Positions 26,913 to 36,180 of a stretch of DNA of 64,000 nt are shown here, piece by piece. The DNA is from Chitinophagaceae bacterium. Lineage in GTDB: Bacteria; Bacteroidota; Bacteroidia; Chitinophagales; Chitinophagaceae. Position 1 is the stretch's first letter. Each line of letters begins with the position of its first letter. Under the pieces are notes generated by a model, which did no database searches, was not told where the DNA came from, and was given only the letters and a program-made list of their open reading frames with translations. The position numbers and the translations under genes were made by a program. Where the stretch lies: positions 350 through 64,349 of the forward strand of contig JBHENB010000005.1 in assembly GCA_046262255.1 (NCBI GenBank). The letters are read 5' to 3'.

Positions 26913-29900
26913 ATGACAGTCTTCCAAAAAAAATTCATACGTATTAGTCTTTCCATTGGAATTATTCTAATAATTGCTTTTGCTTCCCTCCATTTTTGGT
27001 TTAAGTATAACGCTTCGAATTTTTTGCAGAGTGTTGTTCATGATAAATCAAACGGTAAACTAAAGCTGGAAGTAAAAGGATTTACATTCAACTATTTGAA
27101 CAATTACATTGAAATACGAAAAGCCAGCCTTTCTTCTACTGACACGCTTTCGCAGTCTGCCACTTATAATGTTGAGTTTAGTAAGCTGTCACTGCGTATT
27201 ACTTCCTTTTGGCCTTTACTCAGAGGAAAATTGCTGTTGGATTCTGTAAAAATATTTAATCCGGATATTCGGGTAACCCGTTGGCGCCCAGATACTATTG
27301 CCAATAAAAAAACGGTGGATGTTTCCATTCCCCAGGAAATGGGAAAAATGTATAATTCACTGCTTGATGCGCTGGATGCTTTCGGCATAAAAAGAGTTTT
27401 GATTGATAATGGCCGCTTCACTGCAATTAATAAAATGAAGCCGCAACAGGAACCAGTGGTTGTAAGCAATATTTTTTTAAATCTTGTAAGAACCGCAGGG
27501 GATACCGAAGAGCGGGATGAGTATGTAAAAGGCAGACAAACTGTGGAGCTACAAACGTATAACCAGACGATTGCGCTACCAGGGGGCCGGCACATTTTAT
27601 CTTTTAAAAAATTCAATTTACAGCTTTTCAAAAAACACATTCAAATAGATAGCTGCACTGTAACGGCATTGCCTACAGATACTTCAAACAGTACCTATAA
27701 GATATTTTTCAACAAGCTTTTATTGGTAGGCGTTGATTTTAATGCCATGTATGAAAATAACCTCATTAGGGCAGATTCAGTTTATTGCGAAAGCCCGGTT
27801 TTCAATATCCAGATAGATAGAAGTGATTTGAATGTTACTGGTAAGAAAAAGGAAAAGCCTGATCCTGAGAAAATATTAAGAGATATTACAGGCGACCTGG
27901 AGCTTGCTTTTGTTGGTGTAAAAGGGGCGGGAATACATATTGACATTATAGGTGGCAAAAAAAGATCACTGTTCAACTCCAATAAAGATGACTTTGCTCT
28001 TTATGGGCTGCGCATTAATGCAGATTCATCAAAACCGGTGGTTGTTGACCGGTTTGATATGCTGGTACGGGACTACAGGCTGTACAATGCGGACAGCTCT
28101 TCTGCATTTAGCTTTGACAGCATACATTTTAAAAATAACAGAATTGTTTTAAGTAATTTTTCTGTGGTAACTACCTCCAGCCGGTACGGATTGCACAATG
28201 AAAGAGATTTTATTATCCCTTATTTTGAACTTACAGGGCTTAATTGGTCCGACCTCATTTTTGAGGAAACACTTCGGGCACATGAAGCAGTATTATATAA
28301 TCCTGTAATAAATTATACCAAAAAGAAACCTTCAAAGAAGCGCCGGAAAACTAATTTTTTCCATACGCTGCAAACGCTGGATGACATGATGGTTCTGGAT
28401 AAAATAAAAGTTATAAACGGAACCATTAATATGAAAATGGGTGCTGCTGCTTTTAATCTCCAAAATGCCAATCTGCAATTGAACAGCAGCCACTTATTGG
28501 AATCAGAAAACATAAAAGACCTGCGGAGTGCAATTGAAAACCTCTCTTTCTCCAACGGCATTATACGTATCAAAGACAATATAATTCGGCTTCAAAACGT
28601 ACGGCACACTGCAAATAACGTAGTAGAAGCTGATAAAATGAATATTAGAAGCACATCTAATAAATTAAACGGATCGGCGACCAACATTACCGTAAAAAAT
28701 ATGTTGCTGGATGATGAGGCAGAAACCATTGTAGTGGATGGTATTGGGTGGAAAAACGCACAAATAGCTATTCGTTCTTCAGCTCCTTCCGGAAAAAATA
28801 AATCAGCAACAGGCAATGTTATGATAAAAAATATTTCCGGGAGTAATACCAAATTAAATTTCATAACCGGAAAAACAAATATCACCACAAACGTTTCATC
28901 CTTAAAAATTGCTTCTTTAAATAAACCATCAAAGAGTTCCATGCAAATTGAGGGACTATTAATAAATGGAAATCACTTATCCATGAAAAGCGGTTCAATG
29001 CAGGTGAATGCATCGGATTATCAAATTAGCAGTGACCGCCCATCTTATCTTTCGCAATTTCATCTTACCCGGCTAGAACCATTAGATTCTATAGAAGTTC
29101 AATCACCCCGCATTAATTTTCTTGCGGACATAAACAGCATCCTCGCAAAGGATATTCATTTATTTTCAGTTGAAACACTATCGCCGGTAATAAAAATCAG
29201 TAAGTGGTCTTCGGATATAAAGAAGGATTCTTCTAAACAACAACCGTCCATCCGTATTGACAGGATTTTTGCATCTACTCCTTCTGTTTATGTGGCTACC
29301 CACCGTACCGATTCAGTTTCCATCATCAACATACCAAAGTCAGACAATAGTTTTTTTGAAGTATCCAATCTCACCATGGATGAAGGAATTACGGAAATTG
29401 GGACGTTAACATTAAATACTACCTCCGGCACATTTATAAAGCGTAGCGGAGAAACATTGGGAGTGGAAAAAGGTAAGGTGGATGTACAGCTCTCCAATAT
29501 ACGGTTGAGCAACACTAATGGCAAACCTGCATGGAGTGCTTTGATTACTTCATTATATCTCCAGAATCCTAATAATTTTTTGGTAGGTGCTAAAAAAAAT
29601 ATGCTTTCTGTTAATGAAGCATCTGCAGGCAACGTACAATTATCATCCGATGTTGTTACTGACTTCAATAAGCTGGTTCGCTTAAACGTATCGGCCTGGC
29701 TGCGTACTGCAACTGGTCAGTACGTTGACAGTACAACAACGTTAAAATGGTATAATGCGGCGTATGATTATAAGAATAGAACGCTAAGTCTTGATTCGTT
29801 TAATTATCACCCTACACAGACAAGAGATTCTGTTATTGCCCATACTCCCCATCAAACAGATTATATAACATTGAAAACCGGGCCTTTAAAAATTACAGAT

Positions 29901-30749
29901 TTCAACCTGGAAAAGTATAACAAGGATAGCGCTTTTATTGCACAGGCTATTAGTATAACTAAACCCCTTATCACCATTTACCGCGATAAAAGGCCACCGT
30001 TTTTACACGGCGCTGTAAAACCGCTGCCTGTAGATATGATAAAGAGCATTGCAGTTCCTGTTTCCTTACAACGGGTTAACATTAATGATGGATTGCTTAC
30101 CTATACAGAAGTAAATGCAAAAACAGGAGCTGAAGGCACTGTATTATTAACGCACATCAACGGCGGACTGAGTAATATTAAAAATAGCAACATAAGCAAT
30201 ACTGATTCTTTGACGTTAGCTATAAATGCTTATTTAATGGATTCAACTTTGGTAAATTTAAGAGTTAAAGAATCCTATACGGATACGCTCAGCGGCTTTT
30301 TAATGACATTGCGGATGAAGCCAACATCACTTGGTTTTTTAAATCCTGTTCTCGCACCTCTATCAAATATAAAAATAGTGTCCGGCACAATAGATTCATT
30401 GCATCTGCGGGCTATAGGCAGAGAACATATTGCATTGGGAGAAATGAAAATGTATTATCATAACCTGCGTATTCAATTGATAAAAGATGGTGACCCGGAT
30501 AAAACATCATTTTTACGCAATGTGGCAAGTTTCCTTGCAAATACGCTGGTAATTAAAAAAAATAACAGTGGCCGCACCGGTCTTGTTTACTTCCAACGAC
30601 TCCGTGACCGATCTTTCTTCAACTATATTATAAAAATGACGTTTAGTGGTATGGCAACCAGTGTAGGTGTAAAGAAGAATAAAAAATATTTAAAGCAATA
30701 CAGGCAGGAGCTAAAAGACCAAAAGCTCCCTCCTATCGAGTTTGAATAA
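26913..30749 (+). CDS. Large AsmA/TamB-like envelope protein
   Basis: 1278 aa, single N-terminal TM helix, repetitive amphipathic beta-strands. Family assignment is inferred from architecture. Confidence 0.55.
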   Translation: MTVFQKKFIRISLSIGIILIIAFASLHFWFKYNASNFLQSVVHDKSNGKLKLEVKGFTFNYLNNYIEIRKASLSSTDTLSQSATYNVEFSKLSLRITSFWPLLRGKLLLDSVKIFNPDIRVTRWRPDTIANKKTVDVSIPQEMGKMYNSLLDALDAFGIKRVLIDNGRFTAINKMKPQQEPVVVSNIFLNLVRTAGDTEERDEYVKGRQTVELQTYNQTIALPGGRHILSFKKFNLQLFKKHIQIDSCTVTALPTDTSNSTYKIFFNKLLLVGVDFNAMYENNLIRADSVYCESPVFNIQIDRSDLNVTGKKKEKPDPEKILRDITGDLELAFVGVKGAGIHIDIIGGKKRSLFNSNKDDFALYGLRINADSSKPVVVDRFDMLVRDYRLYNADSSSAFSFDSIHFKNNRIVLSNFSVVTTSSRYGLHNERDFIIPYFELTGLNWSDLIFEETLRAHEAVLYNPVINYTKKKPSKKRRKTNFFHTLQTLDDMMVLDKIKVINGTINMKMGAAAFNLQNANLQLNSSHLLESENIKDLRSAIENLSFSNGIIRIKDNIIRLQNVRHTANNVVEADKMNIRSTSNKLNGSATNITVKNMLLDDEAETIVVDGIGWKNAQIAIRSSAPSGKNKSATGNVMIKNISGSNTKLNFITGKTNITTNVSSLKIASLNKPSKSSMQIEGLLINGNHLSMKSGSMQVNASDYQISSDRPSYLSQFHLTRLEPLDSIEVQSPRINFLADINSILAKDIHLFSVETLSPVIKISKWSSDIKKDSSKQQPSIRIDRIFASTPSVYVATHRTDSVSIINIPKSDNSFFEVSNLTMDEGITEIGTLTLNTTSGTFIKRSGETLGVEKGKVDVQLSNIRLSNTNGKPAWSALITSLYLQNPNNFLVGAKKNMLSVNEASAGNVQLSSDVVTDFNKLVRLNVSAWLRTATGQYVDSTTTLKWYNAAYDYKNRTLSLDSFNYHPTQTRDSVIAHTPHQTDYITLKTGPLKITDFNLEKYNKDSAFIAQAISITKPLITIYRDKRPPFLHGAVKPLPVDMIKSIAVPVSLQRVNINDGLLTYTEVNAKTGAEGTVLLTHINGGLSNIKNSNISNTDSLTLAINAYLMDSTLVNLRVKESYTDTLSGFLMTLRMKPTSLGFLNPVLAPLSNIKIVSGTIDSLHLRAIGREHIALGEMKMYYHNLRIQLIKDGDPDKTSFLRNVASFLANTLVIKKNNSGRTGLVYFQRLRDRSFFNYIIKMTFSGMATSVGVKKNKKYLKQYRQELKDQKLPPIEFE

Positions 30750-30933
30750 AGAAAACACAGCGGCTCCAATCCTATTTCATATGATTTTATAAATAATGCC
30801 CGCAGAGATAATCTTCTATTAACTTGTATTTTAGCACCCGCAGTTCAGCACATTTTAAAAAAAAATAAGAATAAGAATTGCCAATAACTATTAATTCAGC
30901 GTATTCCGTGTTTTCCGCGAGATAATTTCCTTT

Positions 30934-33357
30934 ATGGCCAAACGAATAATCAAAAAAGTTGCAGTATTAGGTAGTGGAGTTATGGGCTCAAGAATTGCCT
31001 GTCATTTTGCAGGCATCGGCTTACAGGTTCTTTTGCTGGATATTGTGGCCCCTTCTGACTCCCCCGAACGGGAAGAAATAAAGGCCCAAAGAAATAAAAT
31101 AGTCAATGACTCGTTAGCTGCAGCAATTAAGTCTAATCCCTCACCTGTTTATTATAAAGATGTAGTAAACCGCATTACAACGGGAAATTTTGATGACAAC
31201 CTGAAAGACATTGCCGACTGCGATTGGGTAATTGAAGTGGTGGTGGAAAGATTGGATATTAAACGTTCCCTGTATGAGAAAGTAGAACAATTCAGAAAAC
31301 CAGGAACATTAATTACATCCAACACTTCCGGCATACCTGTAACTATGCTAAGTGAAGGAAGAAGCGATGATTTTAAAAAACACTTTTGCGGCACACACTT
31401 TTTTAATCCCCCAAGATACCTGCGGTTACTGGAAATAATCCCTACCGTTCATACCAATGCGGAGGTAACTAATTTCTTAATGTATTACGGCGATTTGTAT
31501 TTAGGTAAAACCACTGTTCTTGCAAAAGACACTCCTGCATTCATTGCCAACCGTATTGGCGTATTTGGTATTATGTCAGTTTTTCAGTTAGTAGAAAAAC
31601 TTGCTTTATCCATTGATGAAGTAGATGCATTAACAGGGCCAGTTATCGGGCGCCCAAAGTCAGCAACGTTTAGAACTGCAGATGTAGTGGGTATTGACAC
31701 ATTGGTAAAAGTGGCCAAAGGTGTTTATGAAAATTGCCCCCACGACGAAGCAAGAAACATTTTTATAATACCAGAATGGCTTGACAAAATAGTTTCTAAC
31801 AACTGGTTGGGTGATAAAACAGGCCAGGGATTTTTTAAAAAAATGCCCCCATCTCCTAAAGGGGAGAAAGAGATTCATGTTTTGAATCTTTCAACTCTTG
31901 AGTACGAACCCCGCCAAAAACCAGGGTTTGCTTCCTTAGATGCCGCCAAGCCTGTGGAGGATTTAAAACAGCGGTTAAAAATGCTGATGGCGGCGCAGGA
32001 TAAAGCTGGTGAATTCTACCGTCACCTGCACTATGGGTTATTCTCTTATGTGTCGCACCGCATTCCTGAAATCAGTGATGAAATATACCGTATTGACGAT
32101 GCCATGAAGGCCGGTTTCGGGTGGGAAATTGGTGCTTTTGAAAGCTGGGATGTGTTAGGCGTTGAAAAAGTAGCGAAAGAGATGCAGAATGCCGCCCGCC
32201 CGGATGATCCACTTGGACGGGGATACAAAGTTGCAGAATGGGTGGAAGATATGCTGGCAAAAGGAATCAAATCTTTTTACACAGAAGAAAATGAAGTAAG
32301 GAAAGCCTATTCACCTTTTAATAAAGGTACTGAAAAGACAGAGGTTCCCCAATTCTCCTCTTCTATCAGGGGAGGACGGGAGGGGGATAATCTTGTTTGG
32401 AAAAACGCCAGTTGCCATGTTTATAACATTGGTGATGATGTTCTGAGGCTTCAGTGGAATACAAAAATGAATAGTATTGGCGGAGATGTTTTAAGTGGAA
32501 TAAACAAAGCAATTGAGCTGGCGGAAAAAGACTACAAGGGATTGGTGATTGCAAATAAAGGCGCCAACTTTAGTGCCGGCGCCAATGTCGGTATGATCTT
32601 CATGTATGCTATTGAACAGGAATTTGATGAACTGAATTTTGCCATACGCTTATTTCAAAATACGGCTATGCGCATCCGCAATTCTTCTGTTCCTGTTGTA
32701 GTGGCTCCGCATGGTTTAACCTTAGGTGGCGCTTCTGAAATTTGCTTACACAGCGATAAAGCATGTGCGGCAGCAGAAACGTATGCAGGACTGGTGGAGT
32801 TGGGTGTAGGCCTTATCCCCGGTGGGGGTGGAACAAAAGAATTTGTACTCAGAGCCTCTGATGAAATGCACCAGGATGAACCGGAAACCATTACTTTAAA
32901 AAATCGGTTTTTAACCATCGCAACCGCAAAAGTGGGTACATCTGCCTTTGAAAGTTTAGAAATAGGAATTTTCAGAAAAGGCGTTGACGAAATAGTAATT
33001 AATGCGGACAGGCGTATTGAGGAAGCAAAAAAAGCGGTTATTGAATTGCACGACAGTGGGTATGTGATGCCGGTGCAGCGAAAGGATATTAAAGTTTTAG
33101 GACGAAGCGCATTGGGTGCATTGTACTCCGGTATCCACGGCATGTGGCGTGCAGGGTATGCAACAGATCACGATGCATTGGTTGCAAAAAAATTAGCTTA
33201 TGTTATGTGCGGCGGCGACCTCAGTGAACCCTCTTTAGTAAGTGAACAATATTTGCTGGACCTGGAACGGGAAGCTTTTTTATCTCTTTGCGGTGAAAGA
33301 AAAACGCTGGAACGGATTCAAAGTGTACTAAAAAGCGGTAAACCAATTCGCAATTAA
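30934..33357 (+). CDS. 3-hydroxyacyl-CoA dehydrogenase / enoyl-CoA hydratase (FadN-like)
   Basis: VLGSGVMG, EVVVERLDIK, SNTSG and HFFNPPRY motifs; C-terminal crotonase domain (FSAGAN, ELGVGLIPGGGG). Confidence 0.95.
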   Translation: MAKRIIKKVAVLGSGVMGSRIACHFAGIGLQVLLLDIVAPSDSPEREEIKAQRNKIVNDSLAAAIKSNPSPVYYKDVVNRITTGNFDDNLKDIADCDWVIEVVVERLDIKRSLYEKVEQFRKPGTLITSNTSGIPVTMLSEGRSDDFKKHFCGTHFFNPPRYLRLLEIIPTVHTNAEVTNFLMYYGDLYLGKTTVLAKDTPAFIANRIGVFGIMSVFQLVEKLALSIDEVDALTGPVIGRPKSATFRTADVVGIDTLVKVAKGVYENCPHDEARNIFIIPEWLDKIVSNNWLGDKTGQGFFKKMPPSPKGEKEIHVLNLSTLEYEPRQKPGFASLDAAKPVEDLKQRLKMLMAAQDKAGEFYRHLHYGLFSYVSHRIPEISDEIYRIDDAMKAGFGWEIGAFESWDVLGVEKVAKEMQNAARPDDPLGRGYKVAEWVEDMLAKGIKSFYTEENEVRKAYSPFNKGTEKTEVPQFSSSIRGGREGDNLVWKNASCHVYNIGDDVLRLQWNTKMNSIGGDVLSGINKAIELAEKDYKGLVIANKGANFSAGANVGMIFMYAIEQEFDELNFAIRLFQNTAMRIRNSSVPVVVAPHGLTLGGASEICLHSDKACAAAETYAGLVELGVGLIPGGGGTKEFVLRASDEMHQDEPETITLKNRFLTIATAKVGTSAFESLEIGIFRKGVDEIVINADRRIEEAKKAVIELHDSGYVMPVQRKDIKVLGRSALGALYSGIHGMWRAGYATDHDALVAKKLAYVMCGGDLSEPSLVSEQYLLDLEREAFLSLCGERKTLERIQSVLKSGKPIRN
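31048..31075 (+). repeat. Left-end-like palindrome in FadN-like gene (APSDSPERE)
   Basis: GCCCC-ttctgac-TCCC-ccgaac-GGGA. Confidence 0.5.
31845..31867 (+). repeat. Left-end-like palindrome in FadN-like gene (PPSPKGE)
   Basis: GCCCCC-A-TCTCC-taaagg-GGAGA, same layout as the metG left end GCCCCCCC-A-CCCCCC-aaa-GGGGGG. Confidence 0.65.
32194..32221 (+). repeat. Short palindromic insert in FadN-like gene (RPDDPLGR)
   Basis: CCCGCCC-ggatgatccactt-GGACGGG imperfect hairpin; 24-nt in-frame peptide between AA and GYKV. Confidence 0.55.
32305..32386 (+). repeat. Miniature two-ended palindromic element in FadN-like gene
   Basis: Left hairpin ACCTTT-taat-AAAGGT (32313-32328); right hairpin CTCCTCT-tctatc-AGGGGAG (32355-32374) followed by GACGGGAGGGGG. 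Confidence 0.6.
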
Positions 33358-33395
33358 TAAAATTCCGCAGGCCTTACATTTGCGGAGGATTTTCT

Positions 33396-34454
33396 ATGCC
33401 AAAAAAATTATTGTACTTCCGGCTTCGTACCCTTATTACTATTTCCATGATCTGGATGATCTTTGGAATAGTTTTCTATGAAAACCTGCTGAAGCCATCA
33501 AACGATTTACGTGTAAACGTTTCCATCACCCAGTTTACTTTCACATTCTGGATCATTGGTCTTATCATCACTGCCACCACTATCTTTTTTTTAAAGCCGG
33601 CATTTAACCATCAGCCCGTATGGTTTGCTACAGTGCTTAAATTATTAATCACTGTTTTTTTATTTTTCATCATTACATTTTTAATACTCACAGTCTATTA
33701 TGTGTTCCGCTATCATCGCGATCTGGATAGCTTTATAAACAGCTTTTTTACCAAAATTGTCCAAACCAGAACGTTCAAGGTTTTTATAGTGGATATGGGT
33801 TTAATGACCCTGCTCTCCATTATGTTGCTGGAAGTAACCGAAACTTACGGTCCAGGCATGTTCTGGAGCATGTTAAGTGGCGAATACAATAAACCAAAAA
33901 AAGAAAAACGGATTTTTGTTTTCCTGGACTTGAATAATTCCACAACCATTGCTGAACAAATTGGCCATGAAAGATATTTTCGCCTCTTAAGAACTTTTTA
34001 TGCAGACATCACCCTGCCGGTGTTAGCCAATGACGGTGAAGTATACCAGTATGTTGGTGATGAGATTGTACTGTCGTGGCGTAATACACCGGAAAATAAG
34101 GCCAAAAGCCTGAAGTTTATACGCAATGCATATTTTCTGATTCAGCGCAGGAGCAAATTTTACATGAGGAAGTATGGAGTTGTGCCCGGGTTTAAGGCAG
34201 GCCTGCATGCGGGTGAAGTAACTGCGGGCTTTGTTGGCCTAATTAAAAGGGAACTTATTTATTGTGGCGATACCTTAAATACTACTGCACGCATCCGAAG
34301 CCTTTGTAACGAATTGAACGAAACCTACATTCTTTCGGATGATTTTGTGCAGGACTTTGAAACTCCCCACGGCTATACGGTTGAAAATATCGGCACAACA
34401 GAATTAAGAGGTAAAACAGAGCCGGTGAATATTTACTCCGTGAATTTTGAGTAA
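33396..34454 (+). CDS. Membrane-anchored class III nucleotide cyclase
   Basis: Four TM helices, then FLDLNNST, YVGDEI, GLHAG and GDTLNTTARI motifs; TACATTTG promoter box at 33375-33382. Confidence 0.9.
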   Translation: MPKKLLYFRLRTLITISMIWMIFGIVFYENLLKPSNDLRVNVSITQFTFTFWIIGLIITATTIFFLKPAFNHQPVWFATVLKLLITVFLFFIITFLILTVYYVFRYHRDLDSFINSFFTKIVQTRTFKVFIVDMGLMTLLSIMLLEVTETYGPGMFWSMLSGEYNKPKKEKRIFVFLDLNNSTTIAEQIGHERYFRLLRTFYADITLPVLANDGEVYQYVGDEIVLSWRNTPENKAKSLKFIRNAYFLIQRRSKFYMRKYGVVPGFKAGLHAGEVTAGFVGLIKRELIYCGDTLNTTARIRSLCNELNETYILSDDFVQDFETPHGYTVENIGTTELRGKTEPVNIYSVNFE

Positions 34455-35143
34455 TGGGGGAAGCGGAAATTAATAAAGAAAGAAAAGCACTTGTCATTCA
34501 TTCACATATCATCACCTATGGTAATGCTGCGGATGAACCATTATCAGAGCAAATACGTGATGAAATTGAAACGATGTGGAACGAGCCACATGCAACTGGG
34601 TATATAAATGGCACCAGTTACCTGGTTCAGTTTCGCATTACAGCAGAATTAAGAAAAGACATTACCGACCTGGAAGTATATCAGAATGTAACTGCACGCA
34701 ATAATTACTTCCGGATTGAAGAATATGCCCACGGAAACATTTCGTTTGTAGATGGCCTGGGGTGCAACAGCGGTTATTTTAAACTGGAAAATTTATACCA
34801 GGGTTCTACTACCGCTGCACACGAATATGGCCATACACTTGGTTTAGATCATCCGAATGATTTGGACTTAAGGGGAAAAGGTGTTCCCGGCATTATGTAT
34901 CCCCGGGGTACCCTTGTTGATCCGCAATTTCAGTACGATCCAATGAAACCGGCGGGTGTAACCGGCAGTACTATGCATCCAATGCACAGGCGTGTAAAGC
35001 AAACAGATATAGATCTTTTAAGATTACATCGTTTGCCATTCAAAAATGAAAGATCAATTATAGGTCAGTTCACTAACATTTATCACTGGAATCATACAGA
35101 CATTGGCTATGAAGATTTTGTCAAGCCTCCAATTTTTGGATAG
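34454..35143 (+). CDS. Zinc metallopeptidase (metzincin-like)
   Basis: HEYGHTLGLDH (HExxHxxGxxH) followed by Met-turn-like GIMYP; TAATG overlap with the cyclase gene. Confidence 0.8.
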   Translation: MGEAEINKERKALVIHSHIITYGNAADEPLSEQIRDEIETMWNEPHATGYINGTSYLVQFRITAELRKDITDLEVYQNVTARNNYFRIEEYAHGNISFVDGLGCNSGYFKLENLYQGSTTAAHEYGHTLGLDHPNDLDLRGKGVPGIMYPRGTLVDPQFQYDPMKPAGVTGSTMHPMHRRVKQTDIDLLRLHRLPFKNERSIIGQFTNIYHWNHTDIGYEDFVKPPIFG

Positions 35144-36047
35144 CTTCTTTAGCAGTGGGATAACGATACACAAAACCCGACGCCTGCACTTTTGCCGGTA
35201 TAACCGTTGTGCTTTTTAAAACTTCAGTACTCAGTTCCCCAAACATCTTTTTTAAAACCGGCGCTGGCACACGGAATGGTATAAAAAACTTCTTCCGGGT
35301 TCTTGCAATGGTTAGCATTAATCGTTTATTGGTAACCGGGTAGGGGGTAACTGCATTGTACACCCCGCTCCATTGCGCATCTTCAATAGTTGCAATATAC
35401 AGGCGAACCAGGTCATGAATATGTATCCAGCTAATTACTTGTTTGCCTTTGCCAAAAATGGCCGCCACACCATATTTTAATGGTTTTTTAAATTCTTTAT
35501 AGGCGCCACCGTCATTACTAAAAACAAGCCCGGTGCGTAGTTTCACTAATCGTACACCCAATGCTGTTACTGGTTCTATACTTTCCTCCCATTGTTTACA
35601 TGCTTGTCCAAGGAAACCTGTGTCTGCCGGAAAATTTTCATCAAAGGGTGTAGGGTTGGGTATTTTTGGATCTTGCCCATACCAGCCTACTCCAGAAGCG
35701 CTGGTAACTGCTTTTACATCGTTCACGATTTCATTTAAAGCTTTTACCAGCAGTGCACTGCTACTTGTACGGCTTTCCACAATTTCTTTTTTTCGCTCCT
35801 CTGTCCAGCTATGTTCTGCAATATTTGCTCCGGCCAGATGAATAATGTAATCTGCATTTTTTATTGCCTGCTCATCAATAATTTGCTCTTCTATATTCCA
35901 CTCAGCATAAGAAACATTTGGTGTAAAGCGGTCCGTTTTGGGTATTGCTCTTGTAAGAATGGTTACTTTATACCCTTTTGCTACAAGTGCTTTTGTCAGT
36001 GCTGTGCCAATTAAGCCTGTACCGCCGGTAATAAGTACTGTTGCCAT
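35121..36047 (-). CDS. TIGR01777-family NAD-dependent epimerase (YfcH-like)
   Basis: ITGGTGLIG, IIHLAG, SASGVGWYG, SWIHIHD and YNAVTP motifs; ATG at 36047. Confidence 0.9.
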   Translation of the reverse strand: MATVLITGGTGLIGTALTKALVAKGYKVTILTRAIPKTDRFTPNVSYAEWNIEEQIIDEQAIKNADYIIHLAGANIAEHSWTEERKKEIVESRTSSSALLVKALNEIVNDVKAVTSASGVGWYGQDPKIPNPTPFDENFPADTGFLGQACKQWEESIEPVTALGVRLVKLRTGLVFSNDGGAYKEFKKPLKYGVAAIFGKGKQVISWIHIHDLVRLYIATIEDAQWSGVYNAVTPYPVTNKRLMLTIARTRKKFFIPFRVPAPVLKKMFGELSTEVLKSTTVIPAKVQASGFVYRYPTAKEAIQKLEA

Positions 36048-36180
36048 TAATATAAAGGTACTATGCGGCTGAATACAGGAAGTTGATATCAGTAACAAAC
36101 CGCTGCACCCGCTAAATCATTAATAACTCATTTGCTTCTTTTGCATCAAACTTGTAACTTTCTACTACACACTAACTCTT

